From NCBI GenBank assembly GCA_963848135.1, contig CAWKCK010000018.1:820938-884937 (forward strand): a DNA stretch of 64,000 nucleotides. Direction: 5' to 3'. Below are positions 30,923 through 41,028 of this stretch, piece by piece. The notes below the pieces were generated by a model. That model saw only the letters and a list, made by a program, of their open reading frames with translations, searched no databases and had not been told where the DNA came from. Position 1 is the stretch's first letter; every line of letters begins with the position of its first letter. A program made the translations under genes and the position numbers. Source of the DNA: an uncultured delta proteobacterium. Lineage in GTDB: Bacteria; Desulfobacterota; Desulfobacteria; Desulfobacterales; SG8-13.

Positions 30923-31147
30923 TCAGTATTCGATCCACATATCGGCCTCATTGCCGCAATGGGCGCACGTGGCCGTACCCTTGGTCTGCTTTTTCTTTTG
31001 TGCATCCGGAGCGGCCGGTTCCGGTGCTCGGGTCGTGGTCTCAGAATCCGTCTCTGTATCCGGCAGAGTGCAGGTGAATATCATTTCAGCTTCGTTGCCA
31101 CAATTCTTGCACTGGCAAACCTCTTTTTTTTCTATTGTCTGTCCCAC
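30923..31147 (-). CDS. Small protein with two CxxCGNEA motifs (putative metal-binding ribbon)
   Basis: RBS AAGGAG; CKNCGNEAEM and CAHCGNEADM flank a low-complexity linker. Confidence 0.75.
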   Translation of the reverse strand: MGQTIEKKEVCQCKNCGNEAEMIFTCTLPDTETDSETTTRAPEPAAPDAQKKKQTKGTATCAHCGNEADMWIEY

Positions 31148-31195
31148 CGTTGTCTCCTTTCGTAATCCGTTGTCTCAAACCGCAAGAACCATGAG

Positions 31196-31528
31196 TTAAA
31201 ATCCCATTTTTTCCGGCGGCCGGCGTTCCGGCACATAATCATGCGGGATCTTGTCCTCGTTCCATTCCTTGGAGACATACAGATTGCAGTAACAACTGCC
31301 GTATTCGGCAATGTCCGGCACACTGTAGACACACGGGCAGATGATGTCCCGATCGTTTTGGCGGTCTCCGGAAAGCAATCGGCAAGGACAGCCCATGTAC
31401 CCATAGCGGTCTTTGTTCAAGATCAGGGCTTCGAGAAGCTCGAAGGTTCTCTCCTTGTCCACGTTGAAATAATACCCCTTGGGCTCCTGAACTTTTCGCA
31501 TCATTTCATAAAGCGTCTGAGCATCCAT
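31196..31528 (-). CDS. Ferredoxin:thioredoxin reductase catalytic subunit-like protein
   Basis: CPC, CPC and CYC motifs; ATG 31528 overlaps the upstream stop (TAATG). Confidence 0.9.
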   Translation of the reverse strand: MDAQTLYEMMRKVQEPKGYYFNVDKERTFELLEALILNKDRYGYMGCPCRLLSGDRQNDRDIICPCVYSVPDIAEYGSCYCNLYVSKEWNEDKIPHDYVPERRPPEKMGF

Positions 31529-31785
31529 TATAACCCCAGGGCCTCCTTTATTTCCTTTTCCTTGAACCCTACCACGACTTTTTCCCCAATGATAATTGTT
31601 GGAAAAGAGCACTTTGGATTAAATTTTTTCACATCAGCCAGGATGGCTTTCCGCTCGTCTCCATCCAGGAGGTCCACGTCCACAAATTCATATTTGATAG
31701 TGCAATCGGAAAGCATCTTTTTGGCCAACTTGCAGTGGCTGCATGTGCTGAGTGAAAAAATTTTTACATCTTTGTCTTCGGTCAT
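31528..31785 (-). CDS. Glutaredoxin/NrdH-like protein
   Basis: STCSHCK active site, SFPTIII, VVGF. Confidence 0.88.
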   Translation of the reverse strand: MTEDKDVKIFSLSTCSHCKLAKKMLSDCTIKYEFVDVDLLDGDERKAILADVKKFNPKCSFPTIIIGEKVVVGFKEKEIKEALGL

Positions 31786-31999
31786 GGCCCCTGTCCTTTC
31801 ATTCATCAATGGCTCCCCTCTCATTCACTGGCGGATGGATCGGAGAAACGCGTTCGGCAACCGGATCAGATCGCTCGAATGCAAAGTTCAAGCGGATGTA
31901 AGGCTACAATGCTATCAAGTTGATTGCATAGTATAAATCACCATTTGTTTCAATTGATATTATTTTTTCTTGACAAGATCCAAGCCGCCTTGTAGTTAT

Positions 32000-32018
32000 A
32001 ATAGTAATCATTACTAAT
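32000..32018. promoter_or_regulatory. Fur-family-like 7-1-7 operator
   Basis: TAGTAAT-C-ATTACTA perfect inverted repeat (32002-32016) in the divergent grx/cooS intergenic region. Confidence 0.55.
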
Positions 32019-32111
32019 AAGCACCACATCTTAGCCATTCGGGACATAACTGACTGAAATTGATTCAGTAAAATCAAAACACCATTCAATCTTTCCACAA
32101 AAGGAGACGCC

Positions 32112-34094
32112 ATGGCCGAGGAGAAAAAAATCATTCCCAAGAAAAAAGCAAAAGAGATCAATTTCCGGGATCTGACCACTTGCGATGCCACGATCCAGAT
32201 GCTTGAAAAAGCCAAGAAAGACGGCGTGGAGACCGCCTGGGACCGGGCCATCAATATGAAAGCCTGTCCCATCGGCGCCGACTCCGCCTGCTGCAAGCAC
32301 TGCGCCATGGGTCCCTGCCGGCTCAATGCCAAAGACCCCTACGCCAAGGTCGGGGTCTGCGGGGCCACCATCGATACCATCATGTCCCGTAACTTCGCCC
32401 GCATGGTCGCCGCCGGCGGTTCTGCCCATACCGATCACGGCATGAGCATGCTCGATCTTTTCCGGGATGTGGTCAACGGCAAAATCAAGGATTACCAGAT
32501 CAAGGATCCGGTCAAGCTGGAAGAAGTCGCCCGCTCCATCGGTATCGAAACCGAGGACCGCGAGCTAATGGATATCGCCAATGACCTCTATAAAGAGCTG
32601 GAACGAACTTACACCCAGGTGGAGGGCGAAATTCCTTTTGCCAAGCGTGTACCGGCCAAAACTCTCGAAACCTGGCGTAAAGAAGGCATCGTCCCCCGCG
32701 GCGCCATGCGCGAAATCATGGAGTGCATGCACCGCAGCCATATGGGTGTGGATCAGGATTACACCAACATTATCAAGCAAATCAGCCGCACGGCCCTGGC
32801 CGACGGGTGGGGCGGTTCCATGGTGGCCACCGAAATTTCCGACATTCTTTTTGGCACACCCTCGCCCATCAGCATCGAGGTCAATATGGGCGTGCTCAAG
32901 GAAGACTACGTCAACATCATCGTCCACGGCCATGAACCAAACCTGTTCGAGTCGATGATCGAGTCCTGCAACGAGAATACCCTGATCGAAGAGGCCAAGA
33001 AAGCCGGCGCCAAGGGCATCAACCTGGCCGGTATGTGCTGCTCCGGTGCCGAGGTGCTGGTGAGACACGGTATTCCACACGCCGGTAACTTCATGTCGAC
33101 CGAAACGATACTTGTCACCGGTGCCGTGGATGCCATGTGCGTCGACGTCCAGTGCATCAAGCAGGGTTTGGCCAAGGTCGCCGACTGCTACGGCACACCC
33201 CTGATTACCACCAACCCGCGCTGCAAGATCGAAGGGGCCACCCACATCGAGTTCCATGAGCACACCCCCAAGGAGTGCACCGACGAGGTGGTCATCAAGG
33301 CGATATCCCGTTTCAAAAACCGCACTGCCGCGATAGAAATACCGCAGATCCGCAACATCGGCGTGCACGGGTTCTCACACGAGTACATCAAATACATGCT
33401 CGGCGGGACCTTCCGGGCCAGCTATCGCCCGCTCAACGACAACATCATCAATGGTCGCATCCGTGGGGTGGCCGGTGTCGTGGGTTGCACCAATCCCAGG
33501 GTCAAACAGGACTGGGTTCATGTCGAACTGGTCAAAGAACTGATCAAGAACGACGTATTGGTCGTTCAGACTGGTTGTTCTCAGGTCGCGCTGGCCAAAG
33601 CCGGGCTAACCACGCCGGAAGCCGCGGTTATGGCCGGACCGGGACTGCGCGAGGTCTGTGAGACCGTCGGCATGCCGCCGGTGCTCGGTATCGGATCCTG
33701 CGTCGACAACAGCCGGATCCTGATCGCCTGCGCCGAAATGGTCAACGAGGGTGGCTTGGGCGACAGCATGGCCGATCTACCGGTGGCCGGGGCGGCACCG
33801 GAGTGGATGAGCGAAAAGGCCATTTGTATCGGCCAATATTTCGTCGCCTCGGGTGTGTTCACGGTCTTCGGTGTGCACTTTCCGATTGTCGAAGGCACCA
33901 AGTTCCACGAACTGCTGTTCAACGGTCTGGAAAAGCAGGGCTTCGGCAAGTGGGGTTTCACACCGGATCCCTATGAAATGGCCAGCATGATGATCGCTCA
34001 CATCGACAAGAAGCGCAAGGCTCTGGGCATCGACAAAGCCCGCGATCGCGTGTTGATGGATATGGCCGATCGCCAGAAACTGGATGTCGCCTAA
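32112..34094 (+). CDS. cooS: Anaerobic Ni-Fe carbon monoxide dehydrogenase catalytic subunit
   Basis: CPIG...CCKHCAMGPC (D/B clusters); C-cluster ligands in GHEP, MCCSG, DVQC, VGCTN, TGCS, GSCVDN; EWMSEKA. Confidence 0.96.
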   Translation: MAEEKKIIPKKKAKEINFRDLTTCDATIQMLEKAKKDGVETAWDRAINMKACPIGADSACCKHCAMGPCRLNAKDPYAKVGVCGATIDTIMSRNFARMVAAGGSAHTDHGMSMLDLFRDVVNGKIKDYQIKDPVKLEEVARSIGIETEDRELMDIANDLYKELERTYTQVEGEIPFAKRVPAKTLETWRKEGIVPRGAMREIMECMHRSHMGVDQDYTNIIKQISRTALADGWGGSMVATEISDILFGTPSPISIEVNMGVLKEDYVNIIVHGHEPNLFESMIESCNENTLIEEAKKAGAKGINLAGMCCSGAEVLVRHGIPHAGNFMSTETILVTGAVDAMCVDVQCIKQGLAKVADCYGTPLITTNPRCKIEGATHIEFHEHTPKECTDEVVIKAISRFKNRTAAIEIPQIRNIGVHGFSHEYIKYMLGGTFRASYRPLNDNIINGRIRGVAGVVGCTNPRVKQDWVHVELVKELIKNDVLVVQTGCSQVALAKAGLTTPEAAVMAGPGLREVCETVGMPPVLGIGSCVDNSRILIACAEMVNEGGLGDSMADLPVAGAAPEWMSEKAICIGQYFVASGVFTVFGVHFPIVEGTKFHELLFNGLEKQGFGKWGFTPDPYEMASMMIAHIDKKRKALGIDKARDRVLMDMADRQKLDVA

Positions 34095-34118
34095 CTGTCA
34101 AGAGCGTAAATGATCAAA

Positions 34119-34150
34119 AAAGGGGCTCGTTACCGAGCCCCTTTCCTTTT
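34119..34150 (+). terminator. Intrinsic terminator after cooS (likely bidirectional)
   Basis: AAAGGGGCTCG-TTAC-CGAGCCCCTTT followed by a T-rich tail. Confidence 0.85.
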
Positions 34151-34262
34151 GATATTCCCCACACCATAAGATGACAACGCCACTGCCGACCCCCTTTACC
34201 CCCTTCTGTAATTCGGAATTTATTTTTGAATAGCGGAATAATCCAAGGTCATATTCGTGAAA

Positions 34263-35636
34263 TCAGCGACGCAATTTCGCGGGCAGGTCCAAATCGTCAA
34301 GCGTTTGAGGATGATCGTTCAGGAAACGGTAAAGTGTTGCGCGTCCCACCTCCAGGAGACGGGCTGCTGCGGCCTTGTTTCCACCGGTCCGCAAAAGGAC
34401 CGACCTGACGGAATCACCGGTCAGTTTTCGGAGTGGACCGCGCCGGCCATAACGCCGGGATCGCTTCCTGAACTCCAATGGCAAATCGGAGGGAGATATG
34501 ACCCGATCGTTGCATCGGACGATGGCGAACTGAAGGGCATTTTGCAGCTCCCGCACGTTTCCGGGCCAGGCATAATCAAGCATCATGGCAAGGGCGTCTT
34601 TTGATATCACCAGGGGCTGTCGATCGTACTGATTACCGGCTTCTCTGAGGAAGTGTTCCGCCAATAGCGGAATGTCGTTCTTACGCTCCCGCAACGGCGG
34701 TATATGAATGGGAATGACATTGAAACGGTAGTAAAGATCATCCCTGAATCGGCCATACCGCACCTCTTCCCACAGATCTTTATTTGTTGCGCTGATCAAA
34801 CGCACGTTGACGGTCAACGTCTCCTCGCCACCGACCTTTTCGAAGGTCCCTTCCTGCAAAAAACGCAGCAGTTTTACCTGCATCGGTTTGGGCAGATCAG
34901 CGACTTCATCCAGAAAGATGGTACCGTTGTCAGCCAACTGAAAACGCCCCTTCTTGTCCCGTATGGCCCCTGAGAATGCACCTTTCACATGACCAAACAG
35001 CTCGCTTTCGAGAAGTCCCTCCGGCAGGGCACCGCAATTAATGGGAACGAAGGGCGCTCCACCCCGACGGCTCTCTCTGTGGATGGCTGCCGCCACCAGT
35101 TCCTTGCCTGTTCCGGTTTCTCCGGTGATGTGCACCGGGTAGTCGTAATCGGCGACATCTCTGATTTGCTGAAACACCTGGAGCATTTTTACGTCCTGAC
35201 CAATGATATTGTCGAAACACGTCAACTGCTCCGTTTTCAGGCGCAGGCAATACAGGTCGGTGACATCGTGAAGGGAAGATAGGACACCGATAGGCTCACC
35301 GCGCTCATTGCGCATGGGGATGACCGATATTTCCACACGCCGGGACTCCCCGCTCTTGGACGGTGGTGTCAGGGTATATTCTTTAGACTCCCCGACAGAA
35401 GGGTCACTGCCGCAGAAAGAACAGTGCTCACCGCAGAACGGCTCGCCAAAAACATCATGACAGTCTCGCCCCAGAACGTCTTCCCGCCGATAGCCGGTGA
35501 TATTCTCGGCCTCTTTATTGAAAAAGAAGATTCGGCGGCGTAAATCATGGGCAATGATGCCCTCTTTGAGGTTGTCGAGGATACGTTCCAGGTTTCGTGT
35601 GTTTGACAGGAGTTCTTCGAAGGACAGTTCCTGCAT
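34263..35636 (-). CDS. PAS-domain sigma54-dependent transcriptional activator
   Basis: PAS, GETGTGKE, ESELFGHVKGAFSGA, FLDEV, WPGNVRELQN, Fis-type HTH. Confidence 0.93.
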   Translation of the reverse strand: MQELSFEELLSNTRNLERILDNLKEGIIAHDLRRRIFFFNKEAENITGYRREDVLGRDCHDVFGEPFCGEHCSFCGSDPSVGESKEYTLTPPSKSGESRRVEISVIPMRNERGEPIGVLSSLHDVTDLYCLRLKTEQLTCFDNIIGQDVKMLQVFQQIRDVADYDYPVHITGETGTGKELVAAAIHRESRRGGAPFVPINCGALPEGLLESELFGHVKGAFSGAIRDKKGRFQLADNGTIFLDEVADLPKPMQVKLLRFLQEGTFEKVGGEETLTVNVRLISATNKDLWEEVRYGRFRDDLYYRFNVIPIHIPPLRERKNDIPLLAEHFLREAGNQYDRQPLVISKDALAMMLDYAWPGNVRELQNALQFAIVRCNDRVISPSDLPLEFRKRSRRYGRRGPLRKLTGDSVRSVLLRTGGNKAAAARLLEVGRATLYRFLNDHPQTLDDLDLPAKLRR

Positions 35637-36009
35637 GGCATGCTCTCAACATTGATCCGGTCAGATGAAAAGGTGATCAGAATAATCGGCGAGAAACAGG
35701 CGCTTAAATATCTAATTTACCACCGCTTGTCAAACCCGGCAGCCGAGGCGCAGCCTGCTATGAGGCCCCGTGGATCAAGCATTACTGCGGCGGCGGGCCG
35801 TTCCCTGAAAAGATTCAATCGATGGGCCCCCAGCGGAAGAAGAATCGCACGGTTATCGATATAGTGGTTGTCAAAAAAACGTCCGATATGCAAACGTTTT
35901 TTCCTGTTACCACTGATTCCAACCTTCCGTATTTCGGAATTCATTTTTGAAAAACGGTATAACAGAAAACAAGGGCGAACGGACACGTCCAATCGATCGC
36001 CGCATACGC

Positions 36010-36738
36010 CTATAATTCGCAGGGAACCGGTCGCCGTAAACGGATTCCATCCAGTCCCACATCGACGTCATAGGCCAGGATATCCACTCCGTTACCCGAA
36101 ACCCGCCGCAGTATCTTAGCGTATTTAGGGTCGATGTGGTCCGCCGGTTTGAAGATGCGCGCATCCATACGTTGAATGAAGTAAAACATAAAGCAACGGT
36201 GCCCGGTTGCACGCAATCGTTCCAATTCGATCAGGTGCTTCACGCCACGCGAGGTTACGGCATCCGGAAACCGGGCAGTGCCGTTCTCGACCAAGGTGCA
36301 ATTCTTAATTTCGATATAACATGCCCGGCCGGCAGCATCCAACAGCATCAAATCGATGCGGGACCTGTTCCCAACGGCAACTTCGCGCTGGATCTCTTTG
36401 GCAAAACCAAATTCAGGAATTGTCCCGCTCCGGATCGACAGTTCCACCAGGCGGTTGGGAACCAGTGTATTGACGCCGACGAGTGAATCAGACATTCGGA
36501 TGAGCTGCCACGTGTAATTGAGTTTCCGCTTGGGGTCATCATGAAATGACACATACACCGGCCGGCCAGGCTCGGAACAGCCTTTCATACTGCCAGTATT
36601 GGGGCAATGAGCGGTAACAGACCGTCCGTTTTCGAGTTTCACATCGGCGAGAAAACGTTTGTAGCGCCGAATCAGTATTCCAGGAATCAGTGGCGGCCAC
36701 TTCAGAAAACCGTCATTGGTTTCTTTTTCAGCATTCAT
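36010..36738 (-). CDS. sfsA: DNA/RNA nuclease SfsA
   Basis: RRYKRFLADV, HCPNTGSM, SRIDL, IEIKNCT, FPDAVTSRGVKH. Confidence 0.92.
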   Translation of the reverse strand: MNAEKETNDGFLKWPPLIPGILIRRYKRFLADVKLENGRSVTAHCPNTGSMKGCSEPGRPVYVSFHDDPKRKLNYTWQLIRMSDSLVGVNTLVPNRLVELSIRSGTIPEFGFAKEIQREVAVGNRSRIDLMLLDAAGRACYIEIKNCTLVENGTARFPDAVTSRGVKHLIELERLRATGHRCFMFYFIQRMDARIFKPADHIDPKYAKILRRVSGNGVDILAYDVDVGLDGIRLRRPVPCEL

Positions 36739-36837
36739 TTGGGATTGATTCGCTCTCAGTCGTAAGGAGGAAACCGGTGTGCAGAAGAAGATTAGTGAAA
36801 AAGGAGGGCCGCCCGAAAATTGCATGACATTTTCGGG

Positions 36838-37410
36838 TCAAAAACCATCCTTTTCGACGTCGCCCAAAGACGATGTTCGGTCCCCGGCCGGTAAAACCAT
36901 CGGATCGGTTCCGGAAGGCAATCGACCGAGAATATAGCGTGCTTCTATAAAGTCAGCCAGTCCACCGACATCGTCCAGACCGTACACGGGGACACCCGGG
37001 TCGATGGCCGTATCTGTGACGACGGCAACCAGCTGTTTGTCGTCCTGACACAGAAGTTCCCGGTGGGCTGCTGGACGAAAAATCTCGATTTTTGGCTTGT
37101 CTCCCGATTTGAAACCTTCGGTCAGAACGAGATCGACATCGTCGAAGTATTTGTCGGCGTCTTCCGGGTTCTGGTCTGTCGCGTTTTTTACCAGAGCGAT
37201 GGTTTTTGGTGAAACCACGAGGACCGTATCGGCACCGGCTTTCCTGTGCCGCCAGCTGTCCTTTCCCTCTCTGTCCATATCCACTTCATGAGCGGCATGT
37301 TTGATGGTCCCGATGCGATAACCGCGCTTCTTCAACTCCGGCAGCAGTTTCTCAATCAGCGTTGTTTTGCCGCTTCCGGATTTTCCCACAATTGATAGAA
37401 TGACCGGCAT
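36838..37410 (-). CDS. mobB: Molybdopterin-guanine dinucleotide biosynthesis protein B
   Basis: GKSGSGKTT, IKHAAH, GKDSWRH, TEGFK; RBS GAGGAG. Confidence 0.92.
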   Translation of the reverse strand: MPVILSIVGKSGSGKTTLIEKLLPELKKRGYRIGTIKHAAHEVDMDREGKDSWRHRKAGADTVLVVSPKTIALVKNATDQNPEDADKYFDDVDLVLTEGFKSGDKPKIEIFRPAAHRELLCQDDKQLVAVVTDTAIDPGVPVYGLDDVGGLADFIEARYILGRLPSGTDPMVLPAGDRTSSLGDVEKDGF

Positions 37411-37659
37411 AATCTCCTCAAAATATTGCATGTACACTTTTTTTCTACTTCTGGTCCGCTTTTTTGCAAAAGTCGTGACCTTGTGCTATCACACCCAGTC
37501 GTTGGCCGCTGCAAATTCAGGCTGAAACCTAAATCCCACTTGTCGCCTTGTCAAGCGAAAACCGGTTTGATAACCCAACGGAAATGCTTATGTTAGACGA
37601 AATTTTGGTAATTCGCAGAGCCGAGAAATAGGATCACGGAAAAGCAGCGTTAGAAAAAT

Positions 37660-38544
37660 ATGGCACCCCTTCTCGAAGTCAAAAACTTGACAAAAAAATA
37701 CGGCCGCTTCACAGCTGTCGACCGCGTTTCTTTCGGCATAAGGCAAGGAACCTGTCTCGGCCTATTGGGACCCAACGGTGCCGGCAAGACAACCACTATC
37801 GAGGTGATCGAGGGCATTATCCCCGCGACATCGGGTGAAATATACTATCGGGGGCAACCGCATGCGGATTCATATCGGGACAAGATCGGCATCCTTTTTC
37901 AACAGACCGCTCTGCTTTCATTTCTGACGGTCTACGAAACCATGCAGACCTTCAAAAGCCTGTACCACGATTCCGCTGATATGCAGAATTTGATCGACAT
38001 GTGCCAATTAACCGATTTCTTACACCAATACAACGATCGCATATCCGGCGGCCAGCGACAACGGTTCATGCTGGCCCTGGCGCTGATCAACCAACCCGAT
38101 CTGGTATTTCTGGACGAGCCATCCACGGGCCTTGACCCTCAAGCCCGGCGCAACCTGTGGGACATTGTCGAAGCGATAAAGGCCGAGGGCCGAACTTTGG
38201 TATTGACAACCCACAACATGGAAGAAGCGCAACAGCTGTGCGATGAAATCGCCATCATGGATTACGGCCGTGTGATTGCCTCAGGCACTCCGGAAGAACT
38301 GATTAGACGCCACTGCGGCGGTGTCACCGTGGTGCTACCTTCGAAAAATGTCGGCGGGTTGAACTTCCGGCCATCCGACCGGCACCAGTTTCTTCAGAAC
38401 CGGGTCGAGATTATGACAGACGATCTCAACGGGTGCGTAACCGACCTCATCGCCCAAAACATCAATTTGGAAGATATGACCGTGCGCTCACCGAACCTCG
38501 AAGACGTTTTCCTGAAACTGACCGGTCGCCACTTGAGGGAGTAA
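37660..38544 (+). CDS. ABC-2 exporter ATP-binding subunit
   Basis: GPNGAGKTT, ISGGQRQR, FLDEP, TTH. Confidence 0.93.
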   Translation: MAPLLEVKNLTKKYGRFTAVDRVSFGIRQGTCLGLLGPNGAGKTTTIEVIEGIIPATSGEIYYRGQPHADSYRDKIGILFQQTALLSFLTVYETMQTFKSLYHDSADMQNLIDMCQLTDFLHQYNDRISGGQRQRFMLALALINQPDLVFLDEPSTGLDPQARRNLWDIVEAIKAEGRTLVLTTHNMEEAQQLCDEIAIMDYGRVIASGTPEELIRRHCGGVTVVLPSKNVGGLNFRPSDRHQFLQNRVEIMTDDLNGCVTDLIAQNINLEDMTVRSPNLEDVFLKLTGRHLRE

Positions 38545-38546
38545 GC

Positions 38547-39596
38547 ATGAAGTTCAAAAGGCTTTGGATCATATTTGTCGCCCGAAATCGCGAGTTTTTC
38601 CGTGACCGGGCCGCCTTCGGTTGGAATTTCATGTTTCCTTTCCTTATCGTGGCCGGTTTCGGTATCATATTCGGTAGCGACCGTTACACAGAATTCAAAG
38701 TCGGGGTCTTCCCTGCTGAAACCGACTCCGTAGCGGTAAACACGCTGGAGATTCCTGAACGGTTCGGCCGCACCGACTATATCCACTTCGTCGGTTTCGC
38801 TACTGCCGCAGAGGCATTTAACAAGCTCCGAAACCACAAAGTCGACTTTCTCGTCCAAATCGGCCCGCCACCGCACAATTATTGGCTCAACACAACGGCC
38901 CCTAAGGGGTATATCTTGGAAAGAATATTCCGCAGCAGCTTAATCCCGAAAGAGCTATCACTTCCGGTTATCAGGCATGAGGTATCTGGCCGCCAGGTCC
39001 GTTACATCGACTGGTTGTTTCCGGGAATACTGGCCATGAACATGATGTTCAGCGCCCTGTGGGGCGTGGGCTACGTTGTCGTCCGCTATCGCAAGAATGG
39101 CGTCTTGAAGCGACTTAAAGCCACACCGTTGACGGCATTGGAATATCTGAGTGCGCAAATGCTCTCGCGCATCTTTTTGCTGATGTTCACTCTTACGGTC
39201 GTGTGGATCGGATGTGACCTGATATTCTCATTTCACGTGGAAGGTTCGTATGTAAATTTGGCGCTGGTTTTTCTTTTTGGCAGTCTCAGCCTGACATCAT
39301 TGGGCCTGGTGCTGGCCTCACGCGGAACTAGCGAGGAGTTTGCAACCGGGGTGTTAAATTTTATTTCCTGGCCAATGATGTTCTTGTCCGAAGTCTGGTT
39401 CTCGCTTGAGGGGGCCCCTGGCTGGGTTAGGGGGTTCTCAGAAATTTTTCCACTGACCCACCTGTTGCGGGCGGTACGCAAGATTATGAATGATGGTGCG
39501 GGGTTGCTCGACGTTGGGCCGGAATTGACCATATTGGCCCTGATGACTGTCGGTTGTCTCGCTATCGGTGCCTCCCTTTTTTCATGGAACCGTTAA
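38547..39596 (+). CDS. ABC-2 exporter permease
   Basis: ATG 38547 just after the ATPase stop; LFPGILAM, LKRLKATP, FPLTH. Confidence 0.9.
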   Translation: MKFKRLWIIFVARNREFFRDRAAFGWNFMFPFLIVAGFGIIFGSDRYTEFKVGVFPAETDSVAVNTLEIPERFGRTDYIHFVGFATAAEAFNKLRNHKVDFLVQIGPPPHNYWLNTTAPKGYILERIFRSSLIPKELSLPVIRHEVSGRQVRYIDWLFPGILAMNMMFSALWGVGYVVVRYRKNGVLKRLKATPLTALEYLSAQMLSRIFLLMFTLTVVWIGCDLIFSFHVEGSYVNLALVFLFGSLSLTSLGLVLASRGTSEEFATGVLNFISWPMMFLSEVWFSLEGAPGWVRGFSEIFPLTHLLRAVRKIMNDGAGLLDVGPELTILALMTVGCLAIGASLFSWNR

Positions 39597-39688
39597 CCGG
39601 TCAGGTTCATGCACCGCTCGCCGAGACACATGCGGTCTTCAGACGATTCTCCCCAGAAATAGATAGGTCTTTCATAACGGTTGTTTTC

Positions 39689-40606
39689 TCAGGCAGCCTG
39701 CGCATTGAGCCCCTGAAAGGTGACAACCTTCGGGCGGGGAACGAACTCGCGAATAAAAACACGCGTGTGGACGACCGCAGCGAGCTTTACGATGATATAC
39801 AAAATCGATGTGCCTGCAAACAAGGTCGTGCTCGAGGCGACACCGTTTGCCATGTCGTTCAGCGAACTGCCGATCCCAATCAGCAACAGCCCCTCCAGAA
39901 TTGCAGCCACGATTCCCAAAAAAGGCTGCCGGATGTATAGATACCCACCCCCTGGCAGAAGAATGGCCAATAGGGTGGCCATGGTTCCGGATTTGAATGT
40001 CAGCTGACAGCGTTGGCAGATAGGGCGTGAAACGAACAGCGGTGCGGCGCACTGGGGGCAGAGGTGAATCCGGCCTACAGCGGGTTTACCGCCACCCCCA
40101 ATCGGCAGCTTTGTCAGTATCTCTCTGATCTTCTTTTTTTCTTTTCCGGAAATGCTAAAGAACTTGTCGGTAACCGACTGGGACGGATAGGTGATCACCA
40201 GAGATCGGCCCTTCAGAATGATGGACTGACAACTGTCGTATAGGATCTGAGCAATCGAGTTGCGGTATCGGTAAATCGGTGTGGTCGGAATATGAAAAAT
40301 CCGCCGGTCTGTAAAAACCAGCAGCGATCTTTTAAGATAGACGAAAAGCCATCCGAGCCCCATCTTTTCAAAAATCGTCGGTGGCGAATGACCGGTTGTG
40401 ACCAATAGAATTTTTTCGTCTCCCGCAAGGAACGGTTTTAAAAACGGAAGCCTGATGATAAGCCCACGCTGGCGTTTTTCGACCCTCTTCTTGTATATCT
40501 CCTTGTGATTGCTAAAAATAATGTCGCGATCGACGGGGAGACCGAATATCTTCTGTTGCATGACCCCGACAATCGGTGCTGGTCCGCGTTTAGGATGTTT
40601 CGCCAT
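39689..40606 (-). CDS. Hypothetical membrane protein with zinc-ribbon-like CxxC pairs
   Basis: RBS AAGGAG; CPQC...CQRC, LPGGGYLY and TM helices. Confidence 0.7.
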   Translation of the reverse strand: MAKHPKRGPAPIVGVMQQKIFGLPVDRDIIFSNHKEIYKKRVEKRQRGLIIRLPFLKPFLAGDEKILLVTTGHSPPTIFEKMGLGWLFVYLKRSLLVFTDRRIFHIPTTPIYRYRNSIAQILYDSCQSIILKGRSLVITYPSQSVTDKFFSISGKEKKKIREILTKLPIGGGGKPAVGRIHLCPQCAAPLFVSRPICQRCQLTFKSGTMATLLAILLPGGGYLYIRQPFLGIVAAILEGLLLIGIGSSLNDMANGVASSTTLFAGTSILYIIVKLAAVVHTRVFIREFVPRPKVVTFQGLNAQAA

Positions 40607-41028
40607 GCAATCGACTCCTTTCCAGCCTTGGATTTCCCACTTTGCTGCATTGTGTATCCCACAAATCCCTGCCCTATCCACTTAAACCACTACATATTGT
40701 ATAAATTTACTGACCGGGATACCATTTGGGCCAATAAATTACGTGGGTACTGCCATATTATCGGCTCAAAATGCATACACTTTAGCCGGTTTCCGCAGAT
40801 AAACGGATTATCGATGCCAGCGTATTTCATGAATAGGTATTGTTTATCGACAAGCGGGTTGCGGGCTTTGATACTTTTGATTCGAAACACGAGACTGCGG
40901 CCTTTCAGCGGCGTCGGTCATGGGAAAACGAGGAGGCGCATTGATTCCAGGCCGCGGCATGAACCCGTCATGAAGCCGCCGGGGGCGCAGCCCAACAATG
41001 TGTACATTATCTTCTTTTGGCGGGGCGT

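Noticed and set aside
30923..30925. Sec readthrough at the TGA of the twin-CxxC mini-protein
   Set aside because: Not a Cys-motif position, no convincing SECIS-like hairpin, and the downstream frame is featureless.
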